From Candidatus Aenigmatarchaeota archaeon (lineage in GTDB: Archaea; Aenigmatarchaeota; Aenigmatarchaeia; QMZS01): a stretch of DNA of 64,000 bases. Within the stretch, counting starts at the first letter, position 1, and each line of letters opens with the position of its first letter. The DNA lies in the NCBI GenBank assembly GCA_030600555.1, contig JAUVLW010000002.1, positions 1,335-65,334 of the forward strand. The letters run 5' to 3'. A program made the translations under genes and the position numbers. Below the pieces are notes generated by a model, which was not told the DNA's origin, searched no databases, and saw only the letters and a list, made by a program, of their open reading frames with translations. Positions 9,265-19,096 of this stretch are shown here, in pieces.

Positions 9265-10908
9265 ATGGAGAAGCATATTCTGATTGGCGGCGAAGCGGGA
9301 GCCGGAATCGCTAAAACCACCCTTCTGATAAGTGAAATTTTTACAAATGCGGGATATTATGTTTTTAATTACAGAGAATACCAATCGTTGATAAAAGGGG
9401 GATTTAATTTCAATGTTCTTAAAATATCCGATAAGCCGGTTTATTCCCATGACAATTCTTATGATGTGATTTTTGCTTTGAATCAGGATTTAATTGACCG
9501 GCACGAGAAAGATTTAAAAGATGATGGATTTATAATTGGTGATAAGAACCTGAAAGGAAAAAATATGATTAGCATTGATGTGCAGGCTATGCTTGAAAAG
9601 ATGGGCGCATCCAAAAAATTAGGGAATGATATTTTGATAGGGGCTTTGGCAAAAATTATTGGGTTGCCTGTTGAACCTGTAGTTAAAGTGGTAAAAGGCG
9701 CATTTAAGAAAAAGATAGATTTGCTTGAAGAATCAATAATCGAGGGTTATAATTGTGTTGAAAAGAAAATGGAACTTGATAACCCGGACGGGAAACCTAA
9801 ATATTTTATAACCGGTAATGAGGCAATTTCAATGGGAGCAATCGTTTCGGGGATGGATATGTATATTGCTTACCCAATAACTCCTGCAACACCAGTTCTT
9901 CATGAGCTTGCATCAAAACAAATTGAGCATGATTTTATGGTTGTTCAGCCTGAAAATGAAATTGCTGTTGCTTGTTCTGCATTGGGAGCAAGCTATGCCG
10001 GAGCAAATACTATGATAGGAACTTCAGGGGCTGGATTTTCTTTAATGGCAGAAGCATTAAGTTTACAGGGAATGTCAGAAATACCTTTAGTGGTTTATCT
10101 TAGCCAGAGAACCGGACCTGCTTCAGGAGTCCCAACTTATAATTCACAAGGGGATTTGAAATTTGCTGTAAATATTGGTCATGGCGAATTTGTCAAAGTG
10201 GTTGTTGCCCCGGGAGACGCAAAAGAATGTTTTTACAGGACAATTGAGGCTTTCCATTTAGCTTCCAAATACCGAGTGCTCGTAATGATTCTTGGGGACA
10301 AACATGTTGGTGAAAGCAATTATTCTTTTGATGATTTTGAAGAACCAAAAATTAAACCCAACCGTTTCATCACAGAACCCTGCGAAGATTATAAGAGTTA
10401 TTTGATAACTGAAAATGGAGTTTCCCCAAGATCCGTTCCCGGACAGAGCGCAGTTGTGAGGGCTACAAGTTATGAACATAATGAATATGGACACACAACT
10501 GAAGAATCCGAGGAAGTAATTAAAATGAATGATAAAAGATTAAAGAAATTTGATGATTTGAAAAAAGAAATAATAGGTTTGGTTCCTGTTTATCTTCATG
10601 GACAGGGAAAGAAATTGATTGTTGGATGGGGTTCAACAAAAGGCGCAATAGTCGATGCATTGAAAAATTTGCCTGATTTCAAATTCTTGCAGGTTTCTTA
10701 TATCTCGCCTTTCCCAGCAGAAGAAGTGAAGAGAGAAATTGAGGATTCTGATGAAGTTATACTTATTGAAAATAATGCAACAGGATTGCTCGGGGATATA
10801 ATTGCTGAGCAGACAGGAAAGATTATAAATAAAAAGGTTTTAAAATATGATGGAAGACCATTCACATCCGAAGAAATTGTTGAAAAGGTCAGAGAGGCAA
10901 TAAAATGA
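9265..10908 (+). CDS. korA: 2-oxoacid:ferredoxin oxidoreductase, alpha subunit (fused gamma-alpha type)
   Basis: 547 aa. Begins with the gamma-domain-like IGGEAGAGI motif. A 4-nt overlap with the downstream beta subunit gives an operon arrangement. Confidence 0.85.
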   Translation: MEKHILIGGEAGAGIAKTTLLISEIFTNAGYYVFNYREYQSLIKGGFNFNVLKISDKPVYSHDNSYDVIFALNQDLIDRHEKDLKDDGFIIGDKNLKGKNMISIDVQAMLEKMGASKKLGNDILIGALAKIIGLPVEPVVKVVKGAFKKKIDLLEESIIEGYNCVEKKMELDNPDGKPKYFITGNEAISMGAIVSGMDMYIAYPITPATPVLHELASKQIEHDFMVVQPENEIAVACSALGASYAGANTMIGTSGAGFSLMAEALSLQGMSEIPLVVYLSQRTGPASGVPTYNSQGDLKFAVNIGHGEFVKVVVAPGDAKECFYRTIEAFHLASKYRVLVMILGDKHVGESNYSFDDFEEPKIKPNRFITEPCEDYKSYLITENGVSPRSVPGQSAVVRATSYEHNEYGHTTEESEEVIKMNDKRLKKFDDLKKEIIGLVPVYLHGQGKKLIVGWGSTKGAIVDALKNLPDFKFLQVSYISPFPAEEVKREIEDSDEVILIENNATGLLGDIIAEQTGKIINKKVLKYDGRPFTSEEIVEKVREAIK

Positions 10909-11771
10909 AAGCAGAAGAATTAAACACAGGGGAGAAAACAACGTGGTGTCCGGGTTGCACTGACTTTGGAATTTTAACTTCAGTCAAACAGGCAATAACA
11001 AATCTTGTAAATGATGAAAAAGTAAAACGCGAGAATGTTGTTGGGGTCAGCGGAGTTGGGTGTTTTGATAAAATTTATGATTATCTAAATATTAATTTTT
11101 TCCATGCTCTGCACGGCAGGACTTTGCCGACAATGTTTGGAATAAAATTAGGAAACCCTGAATTAAATGTCATAGGTTTCGGCGGGGATGGTTCAACTTA
11201 TGCTGAAGGGATGGCTCATGTGGTGCATTCCTGCAGATACAATGAAGATACAACATTTCTTGTTTTTGACAACCAGAGATTTTCATTGACAACCGGACAG
11301 GCAACGCCTGTGACCGAAAAGGGTTTTGCGGGTCCTTCAACGCCTTTAGGAGTTCATGAGAAACCAATAAATCCTTTGGTGCTTACCCTGACCTGCGGGG
11401 CGAGTTTTGTTGCAAGAGGATTTGCTTTGGATATTCCAAACTTAACAAAATTGATTGAGGCGGCTATGATGCACAAAGGTTTTTCTTTTGTGGAAATTCT
11501 TCAGCCATGTATTTCTTATAACAACACCATACAATTTCTTAGAGACCACATATATAAACTTGAAAACCATGATGCGGGAAATTATGATGAAGCAATGAAA
11601 AAAGCTCTTGAATGGAATTATTGTCAGGATGAAAATTCAAAGATTCCAACAGGAATTTTTTATGAAACAAACAGTCCTGTTTACGAAGACCAGTGGCCTC
11701 AGTTAAAACCATGGCATAATGTTGAGAGAAATCCGGATTTCAGAAAACTTTTGGCTGAATTTAAAAAGTAA
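10905..11771 (+). CDS. korB: 2-oxoacid:ferredoxin oxidoreductase, beta subunit (TPP-binding)
   Basis: WCPGCTDFGIL N-terminal Cys motif and GFGGDGSTYAEG TPP-binding motif. Confidence 0.85.
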   Translation: MKAEELNTGEKTTWCPGCTDFGILTSVKQAITNLVNDEKVKRENVVGVSGVGCFDKIYDYLNINFFHALHGRTLPTMFGIKLGNPELNVIGFGGDGSTYAEGMAHVVHSCRYNEDTTFLVFDNQRFSLTTGQATPVTEKGFAGPSTPLGVHEKPINPLVLTLTCGASFVARGFALDIPNLTKLIEAAMMHKGFSFVEILQPCISYNNTIQFLRDHIYKLENHDAGNYDEAMKKALEWNYCQDENSKIPTGIFYETNSPVYEDQWPQLKPWHNVERNPDFRKLLAEFKK

Positions 11772-11793
11772 ATAAAACAAATACTCTTTAATT

Positions 11794-12696
11794 ATGTTGG
11801 AATCGGAATATTTTTTAGGTATTGATGCGGGAGCAACAAAAACAACAATACTTGTTGTTGATTCAAAAGGAAAAATAATATTTGAAACAAAGAAAGATAA
11901 TTTATCCCACAGGCATTTAACAGAAAAACAATTTGTAAATACTCTGGATGAAATTACTTTGTCAATTAAGTTCCCTCTTAGGTTTTCCTGTTTTGCTTTT
12001 GCGGGAATGGATACTGAGGAAGAGGAAAAGAAAATTTCAAAAATGATTAAAAAAAGCAAATTTGGTAAAATGATTAAATCAGATTTTATTGTTGTAAATG
12101 ATATTGAAACCGTATTGCCTTCTGTTGATGCGGAAAATGGGGTTGCGGCAATTGCGGGGACAGGTTCCGCTTTTTTTGCGGTAAACAAAAACAAAACTTT
12201 TAAGGCAAGTGGTGTGGGTTATTTGCTGGCCGATCAAGGCTCAGGTTATTTTATTGGACTTAAAGTTTTGAGAGCGGCGGTAAAATCAAATGATGGAAGA
12301 GGAAAGAAAACAATTCTTGAAAAGATGGTTTTCAACAGATTAAAAATCAGCAGTGTGGAAGAATTGGTGGATTATATTTATACCGGAAATCTAAAGAAAC
12401 AAATCGCGGAGTTTGCTCCTTTGACAGAAAAAGCCCTTGAGAAAAAAGACCTGGTTGCGAGAGAGATATTAAATTCAGCAGTTGATGAAATTGAGGGTGG
12501 AATTAAAGCTGTTGTGAAAAGAGCTGGACTTAAGGGAAACTTTAAGATTGCTTTAACCGGAAGCGTTTTTACAAATAAATTTATAATAAAAAATATAACT
12601 CCCAGAATTAAAAAACTTTTTCCAAAAGCGGAGATTTTCGTTGTCAAAAACTCGGCGATTGGCGCGGCGAAACTCGCAATAAAAGGAGTTAAATAA
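11794..12696 (+). CDS. BadF/BadG/BcrA/BcrD-type ATPase (N-acetylglucosamine kinase-like sugar kinase)
   Basis: N-terminal FLGIDAGATKTTILVVD phosphate-1 motif of the ASKHA fold, plus a GTGSAFFAV motif. 300 aa. Confidence 0.65.
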   Translation: MLESEYFLGIDAGATKTTILVVDSKGKIIFETKKDNLSHRHLTEKQFVNTLDEITLSIKFPLRFSCFAFAGMDTEEEEKKISKMIKKSKFGKMIKSDFIVVNDIETVLPSVDAENGVAAIAGTGSAFFAVNKNKTFKASGVGYLLADQGSGYFIGLKVLRAAVKSNDGRGKKTILEKMVFNRLKISSVEELVDYIYTGNLKKQIAEFAPLTEKALEKKDLVAREILNSAVDEIEGGIKAVVKRAGLKGNFKIALTGSVFTNKFIIKNITPRIKKLFPKAEIFVVKNSAIGAAKLAIKGVK

Positions 12697-12750
12697 AAAA
12701 TAAATCTTAATAAAAATCCCCTTATTTAAATTTTTAGATTACAATATTTT

Positions 12751-13290
12751 ATGCTCGATATAGCACTTAAGAATAGTGAAACAAAAACCATTGAACAGGT
12801 TTACTCAGATTTTTTAAAAAATCCTGCTAAATATGTTAATAACCAAGAACTTTATGATTGCCGGAGAGGTGTCCATCATTATTGGATAACAGACCCTTTT
12901 TATAAGGAGGGATATAGTTTTGAGGTAAAGTTATCTCCTGAAATTTTTGACTGTACTCAGGAAGAATTTATCACTTTTTTTGGAAAAACACTACAATTGA
13001 TAAACCAAGTATCAAAGACCGAAATCCCTTTCCGATATGTTGAAATATTGGATAGTACGAATTTTAAACAAGGAGATGGTAAAGATGATAAGCGTAAATA
13101 TTATTCAGTGCCTACAATAATGAAAGGCAATAATCTTAAAGATGCTTTTGTGGAGATTAAAAGAAGAACCGAATTTTTAGATAATAATACTCTTTATGTG
13201 TATAATTTGGAAGGAGCTCAAGTATCAGATTTTCTTTTAGATAATTGGTTTAATATAAACGACAACGGTTATTCAATAATTACTAAGTAA
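12751..13290 (+). CDS. Hypothetical protein
   Basis: 179 aa ORF with consistent coding composition, located between the sugar kinase and PGI. No motif recognised. Confidence 0.4.
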   Translation: MLDIALKNSETKTIEQVYSDFLKNPAKYVNNQELYDCRRGVHHYWITDPFYKEGYSFEVKLSPEIFDCTQEEFITFFGKTLQLINQVSKTEIPFRYVEILDSTNFKQGDGKDDKRKYYSVPTIMKGNNLKDAFVEIKRRTEFLDNNTLYVYNLEGAQVSDFLLDNWFNINDNGYSIITK

Positions 13291-13297
13291 GATAATT

Positions 13298-13978
13298 ATG
13301 TGGCAACTTGAAAAGATAAATAAACTCGAACCTGATGTAAGAACTTTGTTTGATATAAAGGAAGTTGTTTATGACAAACCTTGGCTTAAGAACCAGAAAG
13401 ACAAAGATTTGTATTTTATGTACAGAAATATTTTTAGGGAAGAAGATAAAGATAAAATAGAAAAATCAGGTTTGAGATATGATGTTACTGTAATACCTCC
13501 AGGAATGCTGGGATGCGAATTTATGAAGACTGTAGGACATTACCATGAAATTGCGGTTGAGGATTTATCTTATCCTGAAGTTTATCAGGTTTTGAAAGGC
13601 GAAGCAATTTTCCTGATTCAGAAAATTGATTTTGACACAAACAAAATAATTGATGTGTGTTTTTCGAGATGTTCTGTCGGAGATATTTTTGTGATTCCCC
13701 CAAATTATGGTCATATTACAATCAATCATTCCAATCAGGAACTTGTGATGTCAAACTGGGTTGCATCAAATTTTAAGTCTGTTTATCATTCCATAAAATA
13801 TATGGGCGGAGCATGTCATTTTTTTCTTAATGAAGGCTGGGTAAAAAACACAAGGTATCCTCCAGTTCCTGATCTCAGAGAACTTCATGGAAAAAATATG
13901 GAAGATATGTACGAGCTTATAAACACACCTGAGAAACTGGAATTTCTAAAAAATCCTTTGGTAAAACCAGGAATTTAA
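13298..13978 (+). CDS. pgiA: Cupin-type glucose-6-phosphate isomerase (archaeal cPGI)
   Basis: TVIPPGMLGCEFMKTVGHYHE...EVYQVLKGEAIFLIQ...VIPPNYGHITIN closely follows the Pyrococcus cupin PGI metal-binding pattern (HxH...E...H). Confidence 0.75.
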   Translation: MWQLEKINKLEPDVRTLFDIKEVVYDKPWLKNQKDKDLYFMYRNIFREEDKDKIEKSGLRYDVTVIPPGMLGCEFMKTVGHYHEIAVEDLSYPEVYQVLKGEAIFLIQKIDFDTNKIIDVCFSRCSVGDIFVIPPNYGHITINHSNQELVMSNWVASNFKSVYHSIKYMGGACHFFLNEGWVKNTRYPPVPDLRELHGKNMEDMYELINTPEKLEFLKNPLVKPGI

Positions 13979-14024
13979 TTATTTTAAAAAAACCTTGATA
14001 CGTTAAATTTTCAGGAATATTTTT

Positions 14025-15782
14025 ATGGCAGATTTATCTGAGAAAGGTCAATCAAAAGAACAGAAATCAATATCAATAAGACAGCCAATTGTTACTGTTC
14101 TTGGACATGTGGACCATGGGAAAACAACTTTATTGGATTATCTGAGAAAGACTGTTGTTGCAAAAAGAGAAGCTGGGAATATAACTCAGGAAATTGGAGC
14201 AACAGATATACCAATGTCCGTAATCTTTGATATTGCTTCTGAATATTTGGAGCCAATCAGGAATCAGGTGAAAATTCCCGGGTTGTTATTTATAGATACT
14301 CCCGGACATCTTGCATTTAGCGCAATGAGAGAAAAAGGAGGGGCTATCGCGGATTTGGCAATTTTAATTATAGATATTACTGAGGGATTAAAACCCCAGA
14401 CAGAGGAGAGTTTAAATATTCTTAAAAAATGCAAGACTCCTTTTGTAATTGCTTTGACAAAAATTGATAGGTTGTGGGGATGGAGAAATGAAAGCAAGGA
14501 TTTTTCGGTTAATTTTAAGGAACAGCAGGAGAGAACAAAACAGGACTTTTATGAAAGGTTTTATAGGATACAGGGAGAACTTTCAAATCAGGGTTTTAAT
14601 GCAGAATTATTTTTTGAAGTAAAAGATTTTACAAAAGAAATTTCGATGGTTCCGTGTTCAGGCATAACCGGAGAAGGCATCCAAAATTTGTTTGCGGTTT
14701 TAATTGGTCTTTCCCAGAAATTTTTAATAGATAAGTTGCAGTTGTCTGATGTTGGAAAAGGAGTTATTCTTGAATTAAAAAAAGACGAAAAATTAGGATG
14801 CAATGCTGATATAATTTTGTATGACGGGACTCTGAAAGTTGGCGATGAAGTGATGGTGGAATTAGAGAAACCTATTTATGTTAAAATAAGAGCTTTGCTT
14901 GAGCCAGCTTCATTGCAAGATATCAGAGCCGAGAAAAAGTTTGTGGCTGTTAAGGAAATTAAAGCAGCTGCGGGGATAAAAGTTATAGGGAAGAATATTG
15001 ATGCAGCTTTTGCGGGTGCTAATTTCACTGTTTTTAGGTCAGAGGAAGAAAAAATGAAATTACTGGAAGAGCTGGAAGAAGAGCATACTTCAAATGAAAT
15101 TGATAAATCAATTGACGGGATTATTTTGAGGACTTCAAATATTGGGGGATTGGAAGCATTGATGTGTTTATTTTGCAAGGCTTGTATAAGAAGGGCAAAA
15201 GTAGGTGCTCCGATTAGAGAGGATTTAGTAATGCTTGAAGACGCAGCTCCTAAAAATAGAGTATTAATTTGTTTTAATGTTGAAAATACTTTTGAGGACC
15301 TTGCGCTCAATAAAAAAATAAAAGTTATTCAGGGAGATGTTATCTACAAATTATTTGAAGAGTATGAAGCATGGGTAAATAAATTGGAAGCTGAAGAACA
15401 AGCTGATAAGAAGCAGAAAATGAAAAAAATAGTTAAAATAAAATTGTTGCCTGGTTTTGTTTTTAGAAAGAATAATCCCGCAATTGTTGGGGTTGAGGTT
15501 CTTGCTGGAAAACTTGTAAGTGGCGTGAAATTAGTAAATTCAGAAGGTAAGGTGGTTGGCAGCGCTAACCAGATTCAGAAAGAAGGAGAACATTTAAAAC
15601 TGCTTGAAAAAGAAGAACAGGCCGCAGTATCTTTTAATGGGGTTACAATTGGCAGGCAGGTTAAGGAGGGTGAGCTATTATATTCTTTAATCTCAAAAGA
15701 CGATTATCGAGAATTAATTAAATGCGATGAAACTGACCTTGAATTGCTGGAAGAGATAAAGAGGATTCTAGGATATATGTAA
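14025..15782 (+). CDS. infB: Translation initiation factor aIF5B (IF-2 homologue)
   Basis: GHVDHGKTTLLD G1 motif, DTPGH G3 motif, 585 aa with the four-domain aIF5B layout. Confidence 0.9.
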   Translation: MADLSEKGQSKEQKSISIRQPIVTVLGHVDHGKTTLLDYLRKTVVAKREAGNITQEIGATDIPMSVIFDIASEYLEPIRNQVKIPGLLFIDTPGHLAFSAMREKGGAIADLAILIIDITEGLKPQTEESLNILKKCKTPFVIALTKIDRLWGWRNESKDFSVNFKEQQERTKQDFYERFYRIQGELSNQGFNAELFFEVKDFTKEISMVPCSGITGEGIQNLFAVLIGLSQKFLIDKLQLSDVGKGVILELKKDEKLGCNADIILYDGTLKVGDEVMVELEKPIYVKIRALLEPASLQDIRAEKKFVAVKEIKAAAGIKVIGKNIDAAFAGANFTVFRSEEEKMKLLEELEEEHTSNEIDKSIDGIILRTSNIGGLEALMCLFCKACIRRAKVGAPIREDLVMLEDAAPKNRVLICFNVENTFEDLALNKKIKVIQGDVIYKLFEEYEAWVNKLEAEEQADKKQKMKKIVKIKLLPGFVFRKNNPAIVGVEVLAGKLVSGVKLVNSEGKVVGSANQIQKEGEHLKLLEKEEQAAVSFNGVTIGRQVKEGELLYSLISKDDYRELIKCDETDLELLEEIKRILGYM

Positions 15783-15847
15783 TTTTGAGGTATTATCCTT
15801 TATTTTAGAATATCCTTCTATTTTAAATTAAATTTTTAACAAATTAT

Positions 15848-15957
15848 GGGAAGGTAGCTCAGGCTGGGAGAGCGCACGGTTGAAGACCGTGATGTCGTGG
15901 GTACTCTTTTCTTGAAATCTTCTGAAAAGACGCCACAATCAAATCCCACTCTTCCCA
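15848..15957 (+). tRNA. tRNA-Phe (anticodon GAA) with a ~36-nt intron inside the T-loop (after T54)
   Basis: Hand fold: acceptor GGGAAGG/TCTTCCC, D-arm GCTC-AGGCTGGGA-GAGC, anticodon arm CACGG-TTGAAGA-CCGTG, T-stem GTGGG/CCCAC. The T-loop T|TCAAAT is interrupted by actcttttcttgaaatcttctgaaaagacgccacaa, which contains the hairpin TCTTTTC/GAAAAGA. Discriminator A, no encoded CCA. Confidence 0.7.
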
Positions 15958-15973
15958 CTTAATTTTATTTTAG

Positions 15974-15999
15974 ATCAACATTTTAAATGTTGATTTTTG
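15974..15999 (+). terminator. Hairpin plus T-tract downstream of tRNA-Phe
   Basis: Perfect inverted repeat ATCAACATTT / AAATGTTGAT followed by TTTTT. Confidence 0.35.
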
Positions 16000-16098
16000 G
16001 TCAAAATCTAAAAAACGAGAAAATATTGATTTTAATCAGTTAAACAAAGAAGCGGAGAAGATAAGAAATTTAGATTTATATAATATTATTGACTTTAG

Positions 16099-17373
16099 AT
16101 GATTATGTATGTGTTAACTGAAGAAGGGGAAAAATATTTGAAAGAAGGATTGCCTGAAATAAATCTGATAAAAAAACTTTCAAAAAAAGAATTATCTGTT
16201 TCTGAGGCAAAAAAACTGGAGAATTTTAACATTGCTTTGCAGTGGGCAAAGAAAAACCAGTGGATTGAAATTGAAAAAGGAACAATGAAACTCACAAAAA
16301 CCGGAAATTCAGTTCTTGAGAAAAAATACGAAACTGAAGAATATTTGAAAGAAATTAAATCAGGAAAATTTGATGAGGATAAAATGAAAATACTATTGAC
16401 AAGAAATCTTGTAAGGAATGTCACTGAAAAAGAAATTGAAACCAAAAAATTAATTGGTAAAGAGGTGGTGGAATTGACTCCGGAAATTATTAAATCCGGA
16501 ATTTGGAGAGATATTAAGTTTAAGAAATATAATGTTGAATTTCCTGGAAAGAAAATTTATCCCGGAAAAAAACATCCTTTGAATCTAGTTTTTGAAAAAA
16601 TAAGGGAAGTTTTTATTGAAATGGGTTTTGATGAAATGCAAGGACCTTTGGTTGAAACCGCGTTCTGGAATATGGACTCAATGTTTATCCCGCAGGATCA
16701 TCCGGCGAGGGATATTCAGGATACTTTTTATCTTTCAGGAGAAGGAGATTTGCCTGACAAAAAAATAGTTAATAATGTTAAAGAGGTTCATGAGACTGGA
16801 GGCAATTCAGGTTCGAAAGGATGGAACCTGAAATGGGAACCTGAAATCGCAAAACAATTATTATTGAGAACACACACAACTTCTGTGACTTATAGGACTC
16901 TTGCGGGAGGAATTAAAATCCCCTGCAAGCGTTTTTGCATTGGCAGGGTTTTTAGGAATGAGGCTTCGGATGCAACCCACCTCCCTGAGTTTCATCATGC
17001 AGAAGGTTTTATTGCGGCGGAGAATCTTAATATAAGAACCTTGATGGGATTTATAAAATCATTTTATTCCAAGTTCGGATTGGACGAAGTGAAATTTAAA
17101 TTTAATTACAATCCCTACACAGAACCAAGTCTTGAGGCATTCGGATATTCAGAAAAGCTAGGGAGGTGGATTGAGTTAATAAATTCAGGAATCTTCAGAC
17201 CAGAATCTTTAGCTCCTTATGGAATTAAAGTTCCTGTGATTGCGTGGGGTTTTGGGATTGAAAGACTGGCAATGTTTATCTATGGAAATAAAAGCATCAA
17301 GGAAATTCTTGGACACACCTGTGATTTAAAATATTTGAGAAATTATGATTTATTGAAACTTGAAAAATGGTAA
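16099..17373 (+). CDS. pheS: Phenylalanyl-tRNA synthetase alpha subunit (archaeal type)
   Basis: Class II aaRS motifs (FRNE..., GFGIERLAM) in a 424-aa ORF. It overlaps pheT by 7 nt. Confidence 0.9.
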   Translation: MIMYVLTEEGEKYLKEGLPEINLIKKLSKKELSVSEAKKLENFNIALQWAKKNQWIEIEKGTMKLTKTGNSVLEKKYETEEYLKEIKSGKFDEDKMKILLTRNLVRNVTEKEIETKKLIGKEVVELTPEIIKSGIWRDIKFKKYNVEFPGKKIYPGKKHPLNLVFEKIREVFIEMGFDEMQGPLVETAFWNMDSMFIPQDHPARDIQDTFYLSGEGDLPDKKIVNNVKEVHETGGNSGSKGWNLKWEPEIAKQLLLRTHTTSVTYRTLAGGIKIPCKRFCIGRVFRNEASDATHLPEFHHAEGFIAAENLNIRTLMGFIKSFYSKFGLDEVKFKFNYNPYTEPSLEAFGYSEKLGRWIELINSGIFRPESLAPYGIKVPVIAWGFGIERLAMFIYGNKSIKEILGHTCDLKYLRNYDLLKLEKW

Positions 17374-18995
17374 TGTTAAATACGAGTCTGGGATATTTAA
17401 ATAGTTTAATAAAGAAGAAATTATCTTTGGACAAACTTGAGGATTTATTGTTCAATATGGGCTTTGAACTGGATGAAGTAAAAGGGGACGAGATTGCAAT
17501 AGAGATGACTGCTGAAAGACCTGATTTATTATGCGCTCATGGTCTTGCAAGAGCTATAAATCATTATCAAGGGGAAAAACCAAGAGAATACAAAACAAAG
17601 AAAAGCGGATATCAGGTTATTGTTGATAAATCTGTTTCGATGAGACCTTATACTGCATGCGCAATTGTTAGGAATATTCATTTTGATGATGAAGGGATTA
17701 AGCAGCTTATGCAGATGCAGGAGAAATTAGCGTCAACTTATGGGAGGAATAGAAACAAGTCAGCTTATGGATTATATCCTTTAAAAGGAATTAATTTTCC
17801 AATACATTATATTGCGAAAGACCCCAAAAAAATTAAGTTCAGACCTTTAGGTTTTGATAAAGAAGTAACTGCGATAGAAGTTGAACAAACTCATCCGAAA
17901 GGTAAAGAGTATAATTGGATTGCCAAGGACTGGAAAAAATATCCTTTTTTTATTGATGATAAAGATAATGTGATGTGTATGCTTCCTTATACAAATTCTG
18001 AAGATACTGGAAAAATTGATGATGCTACAACAGAAATTTTTATTGAGTGCACTGGCGTTGATTTGGAAAATGTAATGAAAGTACTCAATATTTTTGTTAC
18101 AATGTTTGTGGATATGGGTGGTGATGTTTATTCTCTGGAAATGATATATCCTGACAAAAAAATAGAAACCCCAAATTTAAATCCTGAAAAAATTAATCTG
18201 AAAAAATGCAATGCAGAAAGTATCCTTGGTTTGAAATTCTCTGATAAAGAAATATTTTCTCTTTTGGAGAAAACAGGTTATATAATAAAGGGAAATAAGA
18301 TTTTTGCACCCTGCTATCGCGCAGATATATTGCACGAGGTTGATGTTATAGATGATATTGCAAGAGCTTATGGACCCGGCAATTTTATTCCTGAGTTTCC
18401 GCAGGTATCAACAATAGGAAATTTAATGAGAAATACCAGAATAGAAACCAGAGTCAGGGAATTGATGGTTGGTCTTGGATTTCAGGAAGTCTTTACTCTA
18501 CTTCTTACCAGCAGGGAAGAGCAGTTTGGAAAGATGAGACTGGAAGGAGACGCAATATTGCTTGATGCTCAGGTTGATAAATCAATCAACATGATTAGGG
18601 TGTCTTTGTTGCCTGAATTGTTGAGGGTGCTAAAAACAAACCAGCATTATGAATTCCCTCAGAAAATATTTGAAGTTGGAAAAGTTTTATTTCCTGATAA
18701 GAAATCGGAGACCAGGTCAAGAGAGACCACTTATTTATCTTCAGTAATCTCAAATTCAATTTCCACTTATGAGGAAATATCTTCAGTTCTAAATTCAATA
18801 TTTTCCAATTTGAATATTTCTTATAAATTAAAGGAAACTGAAGACCGGAGATTTATAAAAGGGAGAGTTGCAAAAATAATTGTTGATGGAAAAGCGAGAG
18901 GGATAATCGGCGAGATTTGCCCCAAGGTTTTGGATAATTTCAAACTTGATAATCCCACAACAGGTTTTGAATTGGATTTGGATTTTTTAAATTAA
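17367..18995 (+). CDS. pheT: Phenylalanyl-tRNA synthetase beta subunit (archaeal type)
   Basis: 542 aa with B3/B4 and B5 domain-like segments. Operonic with pheS. Confidence 0.9.
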   Translation: MVMLNTSLGYLNSLIKKKLSLDKLEDLLFNMGFELDEVKGDEIAIEMTAERPDLLCAHGLARAINHYQGEKPREYKTKKSGYQVIVDKSVSMRPYTACAIVRNIHFDDEGIKQLMQMQEKLASTYGRNRNKSAYGLYPLKGINFPIHYIAKDPKKIKFRPLGFDKEVTAIEVEQTHPKGKEYNWIAKDWKKYPFFIDDKDNVMCMLPYTNSEDTGKIDDATTEIFIECTGVDLENVMKVLNIFVTMFVDMGGDVYSLEMIYPDKKIETPNLNPEKINLKKCNAESILGLKFSDKEIFSLLEKTGYIIKGNKIFAPCYRADILHEVDVIDDIARAYGPGNFIPEFPQVSTIGNLMRNTRIETRVRELMVGLGFQEVFTLLLTSREEQFGKMRLEGDAILLDAQVDKSINMIRVSLLPELLRVLKTNQHYEFPQKIFEVGKVLFPDKKSETRSRETTYLSSVISNSISTYEEISSVLNSIFSNLNISYKLKETEDRRFIKGRVAKIIVDGKARGIIGEICPKVLDNFKLDNPTTGFELDLDFLN

Positions 18996-19096
18996 TTTTT
19001 GTGTTTGTTGTTGGAAGTCAGATGAGTTTTACAAAATTATTTTATTTCAAAGTTGATTGCTCTTTGACCTGTTTATTTTAATCTATTATAAATATT

